DNA from: Octopus sinensis
Taxonomy: Eukaryota
Length of the DNA: 64,000 bases
Assembly: GCF_006345805.1 (NCBI RefSeq)
Contig: NC_043001.1
Span: 23,312,001-23,376,000 of the forward strand
Direction: 5' to 3'
Shown here: in pieces, positions 1 to 12,985 of the stretch
Numbering within the stretch: position 1 is the first letter of the stretch
Layout: each line of letters opens with the position of its first letter
Translations under genes and position numbers: made by a program
The notes under the pieces: generated by a model
The model's database searches: none
Told to the model about the DNA's origin: nothing
The model's input: the letters and a program-made list of their open reading frames with translations, nothing else

Positions 1-112
1 AGCATCATTTGATTGACTGGTTTTAACAAAAAGAGAATTTGGTTTGATAAAACTCGATGCAATGTCAGTGAGAGTACATTAGTACTGAGTTCAAACAAAG
101 AATCCCACAAGT
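1..112 (-). CDS. NR2E5: NR2E5/HR83-like nuclear receptor, exon 5 (start of a divergent LBD; continues beyond the window)
   Basis: Polypyrimidine tract plus AG acceptor (TTCTTATCTTCTAG|AC). Phase 1 matches the previous exon. Open reading (D)LWDSLFELSTNVLSLTLHRVLSNQILFLLKPVNQMML has the spacing of NR2E helix 3-4 (E..A.LL...V.W....P.F..L...DQ..L). Confidence 0.7.
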
Positions 113-864
113 CTAGAAGATAAGAAAAAGATAAAGAAAATCATTGTCTTTCTTCTTTGTTTTGTTACAGATTCTTAAAGGAAAGAAATGGTAATTTCAA
201 TCAACAAGGTTTTATACGATGATGATTTTTCACATCAGTACAAATTATAGATTTGTTGAGGAAGGAAAAAAAAAGACTTTTGCTTATTTTATTGAACCAA
301 GAGAAAGGGAAAGCAAAGTTGAACTTTGTAAAATTTGAAGATGAAGTACCATAAGGAATTTGTTTTGTATTGTACCTTTTTCTGCCAACCTACCATACTC
401 AACATTAATTGTTTCAAATTTTAGCACAAGGCCAGCAATTTTTTTTTGACGAGGGAGATTATTTGATTATTTGACTGGTACTTTATTTGACCTCAGCAGG
501 ATTTGAGTACAGAACGTAAAGAGTTGTAAGAACTACCACTAAGCATTTTATTCAATGCTCTAATGATTCTGCCAGCTCATCAAACACTGACAAGGCCACA
601 AGTTTAGGGAATTCTTTTATTCTTTTACTTGTTTCTGTCATTTGACAGTTGAAATGCTGGAGCACCACCTCAAAGGATTTCAGTCAAAGGAATCGACCCC
701 AGGAAATATTCTTTGTAAGCTTAGTACTTATTCTATCGGTCTCTTTTGCCAAACCACTAAGTTATGGGGACATAAACATACCAATATCGGTTGTCAAACA
801 ATGGTGGCGGGAGAACAAACACAGACACACAGACACACACACATATATATATATATATACTCTC

Positions 865-1266
865 TTTTTTACTCTTTTACTTGTTTCAGTTATTTGACTG
901 CAGCCATGCTGGAGCACCGCCTTTAGTCAAGCAAATCGACCCCAGGACTTATTCTTTGTAAGCCTAGTACTTATTCTATCGGTCTCTTTTACCGAACTGC
1001 TAAGTTACGGGGACATAAACACACCAGCATCAGTTGTCAAGCTATGTTGGGGGGGGGGCAAACACAGACATGCAAACATATACACACACACACATATATA
1101 CATATATATGACAGGCTTCTTTCAGTTTCTGTCTACCAAATCCACTCACAAGGCTTTGGTCGGCCTGAGATTATAGTAGAAGACACTTGCCCAAGGTGCC
1201 ACACAGTGGGACTGAACCCGGAACCATGTGGTTCATAAGGAAGCTACTTACCACACAGCCATTCCT
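865..1266 (-). mobile_element. tRNA-derived SINE, family A (representative copy)
   Basis: Reverse complement of the GGAGTGGCTGTGTGGTAAGTAGCTTGC...GGTTCAGTCCC head and the GAAACAAGTAAAAGAG tail, with an internal (TA)/(TG) microsatellite. Many copies in the window. Confidence 0.85.
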
Positions 1267-2491
1267 AGGTTTTGGTTGGCCCAAAGCTATAGAAGAAGAT
1301 ACTTGCCCAAAGTGCCATGCAACTGAGACTGAACCCAGAACTATGTGGTCATGAAAACAAACTTCTTACCACACAGCTATCGCTTCACCTACATACATTA
1401 TTGAAAATCAAAATCTTTTGCCAAACATCCCTACGACCTAGTCACCAATACCCTACTTTACTGCATCTATTAGAAATCAATTGTTGGCCAGCTTTTAGAA
1501 ATTGTATGGATGTGTATTTCTTTTCTTCCATTTTTCTTATAAACACTAATTCTTTCTGATTTTGTTTGCACACTTTCTTTCATCCTCAACCTCTCTTCCA
1601 CAATTATTATTCATTAGTAATGGTCAACTTTGATCATGCAGACAACTTTACTCAAAGTTATTGTTCTGACCAGCTATAGTATTGATATGGTATTGATTAC
1701 AATATTTTACTTCTACTAAATCTGATACATCTAAAACTATATCACTAACTTTCTGGCTTTAGCTTTCATAACTGATATACACAATATAGAGTTAAAGTAA
1801 ATCATATAAAAGAAAATGGATGTGGCTGTTTGGTAAGAAGTTTGCTTCACAACCACATAGTTCAGGGTTCAATCCCACTGCATGGCACCTTGGGAAAGTG
1901 TCTTCTACTAAAGCCTTAGGCTAACCAAAAAATAGCCCTACTAGGAACAGCCCACATCCTATACAAGACACTATCAATTCAATAATACAACTCAAACAAA
2001 TGCAAGACGCTCTATATAGCAAATATCCAATGAAATAAACAACCACCAACAAAAGACAAATGCAATTCATGTTGCACACACAACACATAATACAGGCACT
2101 AATACAACAAAAGACTGCAACCAGACTATATATCAAAACAAACTGACACAATACAATACTGGGAAGAGATTACTGTCCCCTAACAACAAAAAAGCACACA
2201 CTCCAGCAACACAGAAGTGGAGCAGGTGATGCAGTAGAAATTTGCCTGAAACTACCAAATGTTTAATAATAATAATAATAATAACAATAATCCTTTCTAC
2301 TATAGGTACAAGGCCTGAAATTTGAGTGAGGGGGATAGTCGACTACATCGCTCCCAGTATGCAAATGGTACTTAATTTATTGACTCTGAAGGAATGACAG
2401 GCAAAGTTGATCTTGGTGGGATTTGAACTCAGAATGTAAAGACAGATGAAATGCTGTCAAGTGCTAACGATTCTGGCAGCTCACCACCTTC

Positions 2492-2535
<44 letters not shown>

Positions 2536-3019
2536 CATAATATAATTATAATTATAATGTTTTGAATTTTTGGCATAAGACCAGTAAGTTTAATGGGAGG
2601 GAATTAGACAACAACAACAACAATAATAATTCTTTCTACTATAGGTTCATGGCCTCAATTTTGTGAGTGGGGTGCTAGTTGATTAAATTCACTCCGGTGC
2701 TCTACTCTGAGAGGATGGAAGCAAATTTGAGCATAGTGGCATTCAAACTCAGAATGTAAAAACAGATGAAATGCCACTAAGCATTTTTTCTGGTGTGTTC
2801 ATGTTTCTGCCAGATCGCTGCCTAGCTTATAATAACAACCACATTATATCAACCCCAGTGCTCAACGGGTACTTATTTTATTGATCTCAAGAGGATGAAA
2901 AGCAAAAATGACCTTGGCAGAATTTGAACTCAGAATGTAAAGATGGGCAAAAATGCTTAGGAGCATTTTTGTCCAGTATGCTAACAATTCTGCCAGCTCA
3001 CTGCCTTAACAACAACAAC

Positions 3020-3560
3020 ATTCGTCGAACGTTCCAGCCAAGGCCAATTCAAAACCCCCGTCTGAAGGAAGTCTTCATGAAGAAGCTGGATGAAAGAACC
3101 AAAGCAGCCCCGCGAAGGCAGATTTCACAGACATGATACACTTCTGTAGTGGTCATCATCCGGCACTCAGGCAGTGGCAAAAGATGGCAGGACGCAGCAA
3201 CACAGATCAATGCAGACTCTGTAATGAGGAAGTGGAATCTGCAGAGCATCTGTGGCTGAGATGTCCGGTCCTGATGGTGGAACGCTATATCCGCCAAATA
3301 GGGGCTACAATGGATGAGATGATTCGTCTCCCTTCCACGGCTCTAGCGCTTCTGAGAGCTATCCTCAGCGTGGAATAAGCTGCTGGACGAGATAGTGAAG
3401 ATGCCAACGACTGCTCGGTTCAAAGTCTCCCTTGACCACAAATGGCCTGAACTCTTTGCATGAACACCACCCTGTACATAACTCCATGTCCCCCTACATG
3501 GCCTTGCTTTTTGCTTTTTGAGCCAAAAAATTAACTTAACTTAACTTAACCTAACCTGAG
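3020..3560 (+). mobile_element. 3' fragment of a non-LTR retrotransposon (I/R1-like C-terminal zinc knuckle)
   Basis: SGHHP...CRLCNEEVESAEHLWLRCP (CCHC motif), followed by a 3' UTR ending in (TTAAC)n. Confidence 0.65.
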
Positions 3561-4051
3561 GTGACCAAAAAAAAAACAAGAACAACAATAATAAAGCAAC
3601 AAAAGTGAACATAACATGAATTTAACCATGTTAGCCAGGAAAAAAAAAAACTGAAGAACTAGACAGTGTAGTGTAGTTTAAGTGGTTGATATGATTCTAT
3701 CATAAAGCAATTGTTTTATTCTCAACATTCAATCTCATACAAAATCACTCGCCAAACAAGTACAAGCCGGAAATATTATTTTTTAAACACTGACACCAAG
3801 CAACAATACAACTACAGCAGCAATAATGATTTGTAACTGATATTGGCCTATACACTTTTGAGGAAGAATGTTATTGATTTAATCAACCCTACTGTTTGAC
3901 GGCTACATTTTTTTTCTGGCTTCAGAAGGATAAAAAAAACTTATTTTGAAAACAAAACTTAAAGGAACATAAAGCGCAATGTTCTATCAATTCTGCCATT
4001 AACCATTACCCATTAAAAAAAAAAAGAAAAAAAGGGAGCAATTATTTTTAC

Positions 4052-4378
4052 CATTTTTTCCTGAAATTTGAACTGGCACCACAGCTTGTTGAAAAGGAAA
4101 ATTTAAACTCTGGTTGAAAAAGGAACACGAGAAATGTTGTAATGGTTGAGATCTTGGAGCAACTGGTCGGAAAGCACTAATGTACTGGAATGAATCCTTG
4201 TATTCCTTTGGTGAGGATGCTGTTACTTCTTTGTTCTTGTGGAAGAAAGAAATGGCAGCTTCTTGTTGAGTATTTCTTTTACTGCTACTAAAAGTTTTGC
4301 ATGATTCACTGGTTTGGTTCATTTCAGTAGATTTGGCACAAGTTTTATTCTTTCGCGGCCCTCTTTCTTCTTGAACAG
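4052..4378 (-). CDS. NR2E5: NR2E5/HR83-like nuclear receptor, exon 4 (T-box and hinge)
   Basis: Acceptor TTGTAG|CT gives (A)VQEERGPRKNK, the NR2 T-box. Donor AATG|GTAAAA. 327 nt, phase 1/1. Confidence 0.85.
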
Positions 4379-4503
4379 CTACAATAATAAATTTTACATA
4401 CATCCATTAATAATTTCTTGTTTGTAGAAATGCATTAAGAAAAAAAAAAGATTTATATTAAAACAGAGAATTACTTTCTTTGTTTTAAAACAAAAACAAT
4501 ACT

Positions 4504-5065
4504 GTTGTATTTAGGAATGGTCATTTTGCCAGTTTAGCCAATAAAAACACAGGCACTATATATTTGGTGTTAATTTGCTTCATTAATCTTAATCATATTT
4601 CGGCCAGAGTTCTTTCGTCACACTTCTGTGACCTCATCAGTGGTCCTTTGCTTTCTTCTTTCTTATTTGTGTGTCTCTCCTTACTAACGGTCAGCCATTT
4701 TGTATTTTGTACTTCTATTGTATGTGTCTTCATTTGCGCATGCATATACCTCTATGTGTATCTATGTTTAGTTAGTGTGTGTTGAAACATATTCTGTTGT
4801 GTCTGGGGAGAGTCATTTTCTTTTTGTGCCTTATAATTTAACACACTCACCGGTAAAATTTCCACTTATTTCTTATTGAAGACTATTGAAAAGGTTGCAA
4901 AACGCAATGAAAATTTTAGGAAAATAAAAATAAGAAATAAGTGGAAATTTTACCTGTGAGTGTGTTAAATTATAAGGCACAGAAAGAAAATTACTCTCCC
5001 CAGACACAACAGAATATGCTTCAACACACGAACTCACATAAAGAATCTTGCAAACCAAATGCAAA
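4504..5065. mobile_element. Penelope-like inverted pseudo-LTR insertion
   Basis: 101-bp inverted arms (4777-4877 / 4929-5029), 17-bp target site duplication AAAACAAAAACAATACT (4487-4503 / 5066-5082), and a hammerhead motif in the left part. Related copies at ~15090 and ~29655. Confidence 0.7.
4602..4646 (-). ncRNA. Minimal type I hammerhead ribozyme motif
   Basis: GGACCA CTGATGA G GTCAC-AGAAGT-GTGAC GAAA GAAC TC|TGGCC: complete core, 5-bp stem II, short stem I. Confidence 0.6.
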
Positions 5066-5800
5066 AAAACAAAAACAATACTTATTTCAAATTTATCTAT
5101 CAACAAAGTTTACTTTGCAACCTCATGGTTTCAGGTTCAGCCCTACTATATGGTACCTTGGTTGAGTGTCTTCTATTATAGCCCCAGGCTAAACAATGTC
5201 TTATGAGTGAATCTGGAAGATGGATGCGTAGAAGCCTGTCATATATATGCATGTATGTATGTCTCAGTGTTTATATTTATCTTTTCCCATAACTTAGCAG
5301 ATTTGTAAAAAGAGACCAATAGAAAAGAACCAGAGTTAAATAAGAACTGGGTTCAATTTATTTTACTGAATCTGTCAAGGCAGTGCTCTAGCATGGCCAC
5401 AGTCCAACGAGCAAAGCAAAAGAAGATGACAAATAAAAGTAAGTTTTACCAATACTTAATAAAATGGAAAGCTGGCAGAATTGTTTGCATATGAAGCAAA
5501 ATGCTTAGTGGTATTTCATCTGTCTTTACAATCTAAGTTCAAATTCTGCCAAGGTTGACTTAGCCATTCATCTTTTTGGTGTCAATGAAATAAGTACCAG
5601 TTGAGCACTGGGGTTGATGTAATTGACTTAGCCTTTCCCCAAAATTTGCTGGCCTTGTGCCAATGTTTGAAACTAATATTTATTGTTCATTTACCCATTA
5701 CTCTTTTAGCAAAAATAAATAATTAAATAAATAAATGAAAACATGTAGATAACTACTATGAAGCAATATCAAAAATGTATTATAAAAATTAAATAATCAC

Positions 5801-5893
5801 CATCTTTATTCATTTTAGCTTTGAAACATTTCTGAAGACGGCAATATGGACACCAGTTCCGTCTAGTTTTGTCAACTTGGCATTTACCTTTTG
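5801..5893 (-). CDS. NR2E5: NR2E5/HR83-like nuclear receptor, exon 3 (second zinc finger)
   Basis: Not in the ORF track. Acceptor CAACTAG|CA, translation (A)[30 protein letters not shown], donor GATG|GTGATT. 93 nt, phase 1/1. RRNWCP is characteristic of HR83/NR2E5. Confidence 0.92.
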
Positions 5894-5995
5894 CTAGTTG
5901 AGAGAAAAAGGGAAGAAAGAGATTATGTTTTGAGTATACATCTACTTAAATGACTTCATGAAATTTGCAAGAATTATAAATGTATGTACTACTAA

Positions 5996-6215
5996 CCCTT
6001 TCGTTACAGTATTTATTTTGAAATGCTCTGTGTTTCTTTCAATTACTTTAAATATAACAAAGAATTTAGTAAAATAACTTAGTTATCATTCAGCTAGTGT
6101 TAGGAACATAAATTGTGACTACGGTTTGGTGGAAGATTTTAATTCCAAACTTATGAAAACAAGACATTTGTACTCAGATCCTGAGCCGGTTTCAGCTGGG
6201 TTGGTAACAAAAGGG
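5996..6215. mobile_element. piggyBac-like MITE
   Basis: TIRs CCCTTTCGTTAC / GTAACAAAAGGG, flanked by CTAA and TTAA. Confidence 0.7.
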
Positions 6216-7433
6216 TTAATTCCATTTCAAAACTATAAGCTTGCTTTCAAACTTTTCAGAAGCAAACATTTGATATAGTAATATAGATGGATGTTGTATA
6301 ACACTTTTAATTAACAATTTCATTAAGTATAAAAGTCTTGAATCATCATCATCATCATCATCATCATTGTTTAATGTCCTTTTTCCATGCTAGCATGGGT
6401 TGGACGGTTCGACCAGGATCTGGGAAGCCAGAATGCTGCACCAGGCTCCAGTCTGATATGGCAGTGTTCCTACAGCTGGATGCCCTTCCTAACACCAACC
6501 ACTCCGTGAGTGTAGTGGGTGCTTTTTACGTTCCACCTGCACAGGCGCTAGGTGAGGCTGGCAATGGCCATGATCGGTTGGTGCTTTTTACATGCCATCA
6601 GAACAGGGATCTCAACTACAATTTCCATTGATGTACTTGACTCTATAGGTCTCCTCAAGCACAGGGTCAAAACGGTGTTTCTTTACTTACCACCTGCACA
6701 GGAGTCAGTCCAGCGGAACTGGCCACTACTAGGTGCTCGTGATAGGATTGGTTGGAAAGAAAAACCCGCAACAAGACAGGAAACCACTACAAGGCATGCA
6801 AAAGTGTGACATTTTATCTGCTTTACTCTCTTATTAATGCATCCTCTGTTATTCACATAAAACAATAATATATGATAGGTGCAAGTGTGGCTGAGATAGA
6901 CACAGGATTGGATGCGTGATTAAGAAGCATGTTTCTGAACCACATGGTTCTGGTTTCAGTCCCTTTGTATGCCACCTAGGGCAAATGTCTTCTACTATAG
7001 CTCTAGGCTGATCAAAGCATTGTGAGTAGATTTGGTAGACAGAAATGTGTGTGTGTGTGTGTGTATATGTATGTACTTTTTTTTATGTGGGACCAGTATG
7101 AGTGTGCTGGTGCCACATAATAAGCACTCATGCTAGTTCCACAAAGAGGTGCTTGTGCCATGTTAAAATCCCCCAGCACACACTGTAAAGTGGTTGGTGT
7201 TAGGAAGGACATTCAGCTGTTAAAACCGAGCCAAATCAAACTGGAAACTGGTGCAGCTTGCCAGCTCTGGTCAAACCATCTAACCCATGCCAACATAGAA
7301 AATGAATGTTAAAGGATGATGATGATGTATGTATGTATATATGTAGGAATGAATGTATGTATGTATGTATGTATGTATGTATGTATGTATGTATGTATGT
7401 ATGTATGCATGCATGTATGTATGTATGTATGTA

Positions 7434-7496
<63 letters not shown>

Positions 7497-8909
7497 CACA
7501 CAATGGTTATAAATGAGCATCATCATCATATAAGCAAGGTTGTTCATTTCTATTCTTCTATGAAAAACATGTTTAGCTTCAGGAAAATATTACTATACTT
7601 GGAAACAGGTGAGGGTTGGCAACAGGAAGGGCATCCAGCTGTAGAAAATCTGCCTCGACAACTTCCACCTGACCCATACAAGCATGGAAAAATGAATATT
7701 GAAATGATGATGATGACGAAAATCAAACAATGGTTCGAATGTCATTCTGACTGATTGTTATTTTATCACTTTAAAGTGATGGTGTGCATATTATGTATCC
7801 AGCTACTGGTACTGTATTGTATCGGTAACCTTAGTCCAATTGTATTTTATCTGCAGGCTTGGTCTCTTAGGCAACCAAGCCCACCCAACCGTAAATAGTT
7901 ATCACATTATTGTAAACAACTTGTTGTCGTAAGCAGTGACAAAGTGACAGCAGTGTAAATTTTATGAGTGTTTTGTTAGTCTTTCTGTGACTGGTGAGAC
8001 TGACATGATTGATGTTTCAGTTTCAACATCAATTAGAAAACCAGATCGATGTCTGCATGAAAAAAATGTAGACAGAGAAAGAATTGCAAATAGTTTTGAG
8101 ATAAGAAATATGAAGTAAAGTTTTTAATGCAGGATCTAGAAGGTAACACACATGTGTGTAAATGCACACACACACACACGTGTGTGTATCTCTCTTTTAC
8201 TTTACTTGTTTCAGTCATTTGACTGCGGCCATGTTGGAGCACCGCCTTTAATCGAGCAACTCGACCCCGGGACTTATTCTTTTGTAAGCCCAGTACTTAT
8301 TCTATCGGTTCCTTTTGCCGAACCGCTAAGTAACGGGGACATAAACACACCAGCATCGGTTGTCAAGCAATGCTAGGGGGACAAACACAGACACACAAAC
8401 ACACACACACACGTGTCTGTCTTTTTGTTTGTCTCCCATCACCACTGCCACCACTCGACAAATAATATTGGGTTGTTTATGTCCCCGTAACTTAGCCTTG
8501 TGACAAGAGAGACCAATAGAAAAAGTACTAGACTACTAGACTTTAAAAAAACATAAGTACTAGAATTGATTTGTTGAACTAAACCCTTCAAAGTGGTGTC
8601 CCAGTATGGTCACAGTCCAATGACTGAAACAAGTAAAAGATAGAAGATAGTTAATTAAGCTGAAGAATACAGTTCAAACCTAAATGGTCATCTAAAAGCA
8701 ATTGCTATTTATGCACCTTGAAACTTCAATTTTCTTATAACTGTCTCATATGGCACTTAGTAAGTATTGACCAGAGTTTCTAACATTTTTGTAAGGGTTT
8801 TAATATTATATGTCCAGTCAAAAAAAAAAAAATTGTAAGGAACTACCCCTTGTTTCCTGTTTTAAAGTGGTCTAAATTAAAATCTATCAAAATTTTGTTA
8901 ATACTCCTA

Positions 8910-9316
8910 GGCATAGGAGTGGCTGTGTGGTAAGTAGCTTGCTCATGAACCACATGGTTCCAGGTTCAGTCTCACTGCGTGGCACCTTGGCCAAGTGTCT
9001 TCTACTATAGCCTTGGGCCGACCAAAGCCCTGAGTGGATTTGGTAGACGGAAACTGAAAGAAGCCCATCGTATATATGTATATATATATGTGCGTGTGTG
9101 TATATATTTGTGTGTCTGTGATTGTTCCCCCCACATCGCTTGACAACCGATGCTGGTATGTTTACATCCCCGTAACTTAGCGGTTCAGCAAAAGAGACTG
9201 ATAGAATAAGTACTAGGCTTACAAAGAATAAGTCCTAGGGTTGATTTGCTCGACTAAAGGCGGTGATCCAGCATGGCCACAGTCAAATGACTGAAACAAG
9301 TAAAAGAGTAAAAGAG
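8910..9316 (+). mobile_element. tRNA-derived SINE, family A
   Basis: Full-length copy with A/B-box-like head and GTAAAAGAG tail. Confidence 0.85.
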
Positions 9317-9466
9317 TATGTGTCTTAAACACCAGCTTAATAACAGCAATCATTTTACTAATTTCTCCAGTATTTTAAAAAATTAATTGAAACAAAGATA
9401 ATGTTTTTCAACAGAAATATGGTAACAAAAGGGGTTAATCATTATTCAAAATGCTGCCCAATTTAC

Positions 9467-9607
9467 CAATGCAATAATAGACCATCTTTCGGCGAATGCT
9501 CCGTTTAAAAAAGCAGCTACAGCCATCGCAACAATAAACTCCATAATGTTTCCCGTAGCTTTTGTCTCCACATACTTTACATGACACTGGAACCGGAAGT
9601 GTTCTTC
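9467..9607 (-). CDS. NR2E5: NR2E5/HR83-like nuclear receptor, exon 2 (first zinc finger, P-box CDGCSC)
   Basis: Acceptor TTTTCACAG|GA, translation (G)[46 protein letters not shown], donor ATTG|GTAAAT. P-box CDGCSC matches the HR83/NHR-239 group rather than TLX (CDGCSG/CAG) or PNR (CNGCSG). Confidence 0.93.
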
Positions 9608-10196
9608 CTGTGAAAAGAAAGTGTACGCACATAAGAGCAGCTTTGAATAATTTTCTATTCATTATCAACAATTAAAAAACTGTAACAACTCTTATTGTTA
9701 TTTCTACTTAACAAGGCGCCATACAATATGGTTAACTTAAAAGGGAACAAAGAAAAAATTCTATGCTATGAATTGTGTTTAAAATATTGAGCAACTTATG
9801 AAGCATTTAGGCGTATGTAAGAAGTGTGTGGTAAGGAGTTTGCTTCCTAACCGCATGATTCTGGGTTCAGTCCCACTGCGTGTCACCTTGGGCATCTATC
9901 TTTTACTATAGCCCCAGTGTGACCAAAGTCTTGTGAGAGACTTGGTAGATGGAAACTGAAAGAAGCTTGTCATGTATATCTTTTATCTTTTACTTGTTTC
10001 AATCATTAGACTGTGGCCATGCTGAGGCACTGCCTTGAATTTTTAGCCAAATGAATGTACTAACCCCAGTACTTGTATTTTAAACTTTGTACTTATTCTG
10101 TCAGTCTCTCTTTGCCAAATTGCTAAGTTACAGGAACATAAATATACCAATACCAGTTGTCAAGTGGTGGTGGGGAGACAAACACAGACACAAAGA

Positions 10197-10325
<129 letters not shown>

Positions 10326-10468
10326 TATATATATATACATATATACATGAGAGGCTTCTTACCAAATCCACTCACAAGGTTTTGGTTGGCTCGAGGCTAT
10401 AGTACAAGACACTTGCCCAAGGTGCCACACAGTCACACAGCCTTGCCTATGCTTATATATATATACAT

Positions 10469-10525
<57 letters not shown>

Positions 10526-10899
10526 TGTGTGTGTGTATGTGTGTTTGTCCCCTGCTGCCGCTTCACAACCAGTGCTAGTGTATTTATGTCCTTATAACTT
10601 AGCAGTTCAGCAAAGGAGATTGATAGAATTAGTACTGAGCTTAAAAGAATAAGTACTGGGGTTGATTCATTTTGACTAAAAAGTTCTCCAAGGTGTTGCC
10701 CTTGCATGGACGCAGTCTAATGACTGAAACAAATAAAAGATAAAAGATGTGCATGTGTGTGTGTGTATATATATTGCGAAGATGATCTGGTTCTTGACTG
10801 ATGACTGAGGGCTTCGAATGTCCCGTCCTGTGGTTCTTGTGTCGTCTCTTTGGTGTTTCATGTTCTTGTCCATGTCTGTATTTATTTTTTACTGTTTAC

Positions 10900-10933
<34 letters not shown>

Positions 10934-11019
10934 ATTATGTATGTATGTATATATGTGTGTGTGTATTATGTATGTATGTATATATATGTGTGTGTGTGCG
11001 TGCATGTGTGTTAAATAAA

Positions 11020-12912
11020 ATGAGACAACAAAGTCAAGGCTGTGTCAAATTTTCAGGACATTTATAAAAAGAAAGTTAATCTTACAGCTGTTTCTGGGAT
11101 ATTAGGGATATCCCTTCATCAGAGACAATGTGAGATAGTTAAATAGAGTTCAATATGAGGAGTTATTTTGGAAAAGGAAGCAAATCAGGAGTATATAGGG
11201 AAATAGGAGAATGAATGTAGAGATTAAAATAAAAATGTATAAAAATGCTATAGTTGCAGTTCAATTATCCAAGGAAAGTGGTGCGTAGAAGTGGTAGAAA
11301 TGCATCCTGTCCATGGTATGTAAATTCTAATTGGAGTTCATATTTCGTCATCACAAATGGAAAGTGTGGAGACGTAGATTCCATATGCTGTTCATTCAAA
11401 GGGGTCTTGTGGTGTGAATGAAAATCTGAGAATGCAGTGGTAGTATTAAGTGGATAGAGAGGGGAGAAGAGATGTGTATGTTAAAATGAGGAGAAAGATC
11501 AAAGAAAAGGTGAGAAAAGAAGAAGGAAAGAAAGAGGAAATGAAAACAAGAAGAGAAAATTAAAAAGTGTAAAGAAGTGAAAAAAACACAATAACAATAA
11601 CTAGAACAAATTATTTGACATTACTATGGGATCATCCGACTCCGCCCAAGTCACCGACTTCGTCGGCCTTTGCATACTACAACAGCTCCAAATACATTTC
11701 CCAAACATCAAGGGAGGCCTATACAGAGATGACACCTTGCCAGTCACCAGCAGCTTAAATAAATCTTCTTTAGAACGAATTAGTAAAGATCTACACACAT
11801 TTTTCTTTAGCCTCAATGTCTCTATTAATTTTGAAAATTCCTACAAACCATTAATTTTCTAGACATAACTTTAAATATAGAAACCTCCCAATACTCCCTA
11901 TATAACAAACCTAACCAATACTTCAAGTACTTAAGCATTAATTCCAGTCACCACAAATCCACCTTTGATAATATAATTAAGGGTATCTCAATTCGTATAT
12001 CGGACCTTTCATCCACTGAGGAAATATTCGACAACCACGCCCCATATTACAACCAAGCGCTCGCTGCCAGCGGCTTCTCCCAACAATTAATACTAGGCTC
12101 AAATCATATCACAACGACATGCCAACCACCAGAATCACCACACATACACTATACTAGAACCCAGGAAGAACCTAGATTAGGACAACATAGACCCCCACAC
12201 GCACGCACACACATATAACACTAGGTCAAAAGCTAAAACAGCTAACAATAACGGGCCATATTACCCACCTCTAATTTCTAAAAATATAGATAACACTATC
12301 CTTAAGCAACAAAAAAGGGGGTGGACGCTCTATTCTATGGTATACATCCCCTTCTCACTAAGCGTTAAGAACTTAGCTAAATCTTTTTTTAATATACTGG
12401 ACTTCCCTCGTCAACATAAATATTACTCTATTTTTAATAGATCTACCTTAAAACTATCCTACTCCTCCCCGCCCAACTTTGAGTCTATCAAAACAGCCTC
12501 TAATAAACGAAAACTTTCTATTATCAAAACCTACATTACAACAACTCTGAATACACGAGCGCCCAACGTATACATAGCTCCAATATCGAACCCTATACTT
12601 TAGTCCACAACAGAAACCCTACAAATACCACTAATACTAACCAGAATACTACTACCACAACTTCTACCACTATTACAGATAGGGTAAATAACAGCAACGA
12701 TAGAAATAGTAATGATAGTAGTAAAAATAGTGTTAATATCATAGACCAATCTACCCCATCTCCAACCTCCTCTGACAGTATTACCCCATCCATACCTGAG
12801 AATATTCCCCACAATGCACTACCATGTAACTGCTGTCCTGGGACCATCTGCTCTCTACAAACCCATTGCAATTTATAAATGCACCGTTCTCAACATTTTA
12901 CACAATTCTACA

Positions 12913-12985
<73 letters not shown>

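Noticed and set aside
7306-7754. ORFs rich in MYVC/HTYI/YI repeats (also near 10087, 25395, 26027, 42132)
   Set aside because: Translations of (ATGT)n, (GT)n and (TA)n microsatellites, not genes.
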